The notes below the pieces were generated by a model that made no database searches, was not told the origin of the DNA, and saw nothing but the letters and a program-made list of their open reading frames with translations. DNA of 62,977 nucleotides, counting the filler, from Lenisia limosa (lineage: Eukaryota > Protista > Breviatea): assembly GCA_001655205.1 (NCBI GenBank). It is 10 parts of 10 records of this genome, joined end to end, with 100 filler letters (N's around TTAATTAATTAA, not from the genome) between each part and the next. Parts side by side here need not be neighbours in the genome. Positions count along the whole stretch, not along the records: positions 61,575 to 62,977 come from LPNZ01002710.1; 9 more parts are not named here. The stretch is one strand, 5' to 3'. Position 1 is the first letter of the stretch. Every line of letters starts with the position of its first letter. The position numbers were made by a program, and so were the translations under genes. Positions 62,046 to 62,977 of this stretch are shown piece by piece.

Positions 62046-62977
62046 AAAACCACTCCCAGGAAAAAAAAAACTCGCGGTTTTCTGATAGGAAAAGACCATA
62101 TTTAGTGCTGTAATACAAATATCTTCCTTTTTTCTAGCACCAAAAAATGTATTTAGGACTACACTAAACATTTTTGCTTGTGAATATTGGAATATCCTCA
62201 GTTAAGCGTGGGTCAATAAATTTTTTTTATCATTTCAGTACGTCTGTTGACGGCGTTGGTACGTCCTTGAGCTCATCTTTTAGATGGGACCATAAGCTCC
62301 TTTGACTTGGACTGTAACAAAGTGACCGTTTTTATTGTAATTGAGGGGTGGCATTTTTAGATAGAAAATACATTATGAGAATTTAGGGGTGCAATCTGGT
62401 GTGTTCTTTTAATCTTGCAATATTTACCAACCTATTACGAGAGCAAGAAGATACAATATTTTACTCTACACATCATACGTAGTGCCCTAGATCATCTCTG
62501 CCCCCCTTTTATACATATTAGAGTGTATATTTGTAAGGCAACTATTGGTTGAATTAATATTATTATATTTTTTTGCTTCTCTTCAATTTGTGAGATGCCA
62601 CCCTGTTTTATTTCTCCATGTATTCCACCATCACTCACCCAGTTGAATTTTACAATTCCTCACCTCTAGTGAAGTGATAAGATTTGGTTGTGCAGTCTAT
62701 TTTTACTCCGCCAGGCCTCTGCTGCACATATCGATATAATATTTCGATAGTGTACTGTTTGTTTTTTGTACCAGAGTGAATCCGTAGCTCTATATGTAGC
62801 TTACCAATCATGTAACCCCAGTTGTACATGTCGTATAACCCTCCACAGTTGTAGATATCAACAACCCTCAGTTGTATCTTATAACACCCATTTGTATACA
62901 TATGTACATACGTATCGTATTATATCACACGATTACTCACACCGCCAGCCCGCTGAACCGATTGTATCGCTCAACCG

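Noticed and set aside
1-62977. tRNA, rRNA or snRNA genes
   Set aside because: No cloverleaf or conserved rRNA/snRNA segment seen by eye; an Infernal or tRNAscan-SE run would be decisive.

Overview
Eukaryotic, intron-rich draft genome in the standard genetic code. The window is not one locus. It is 10 scaffolds joined by artificial 100-bp spacers (~44 N + TTAATTAATTAA + ~44 N), and many internal gaps sit next to G/C homopolymers. Genes rebuilt by hand from GT-AG exons: DUF4476-repeat protein, a secreted protein with sushi-like Cys modules, TRANK1-like UvrD helicase, Nol9/Grc3 kinase, UPF0658-like membrane protein, DUS3, an AP-complex large subunit, ULK4/RUNKEL-like pseudokinase, an archaeal-type alanyl-tRNA synthetase, an axonemal dynein heavy chain and several unknown genes. 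The dynein plus archaeal-type AlaRS point to a flagellated protist, possibly a metamonad or archamoeba (inference). The introns are full of small repeats: a 100-bp hAT-like MITE (about 35 copies or fragments, several with 8-bp TSDs) and a ~76-bp Tc1/mariner-like MITE. Most striking is a family of modular elements (alpha, beta) that lacks terminal inverted repeats, always lies in the host gene's sense orientation (14 of 14 copies) and often supplies the intron's 3' splice site, i.e. an introner-like system. Introns also tend to start G-rich and end C-rich, and several splice junctions are tandemly duplicated. A GC-rich, intronless, decayed ORF of apparently foreign origin lies at 34.9-37.0 kb. 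I found no rRNA, tRNA or CRISPR array. All protein calls are from motif recall, not database searches.
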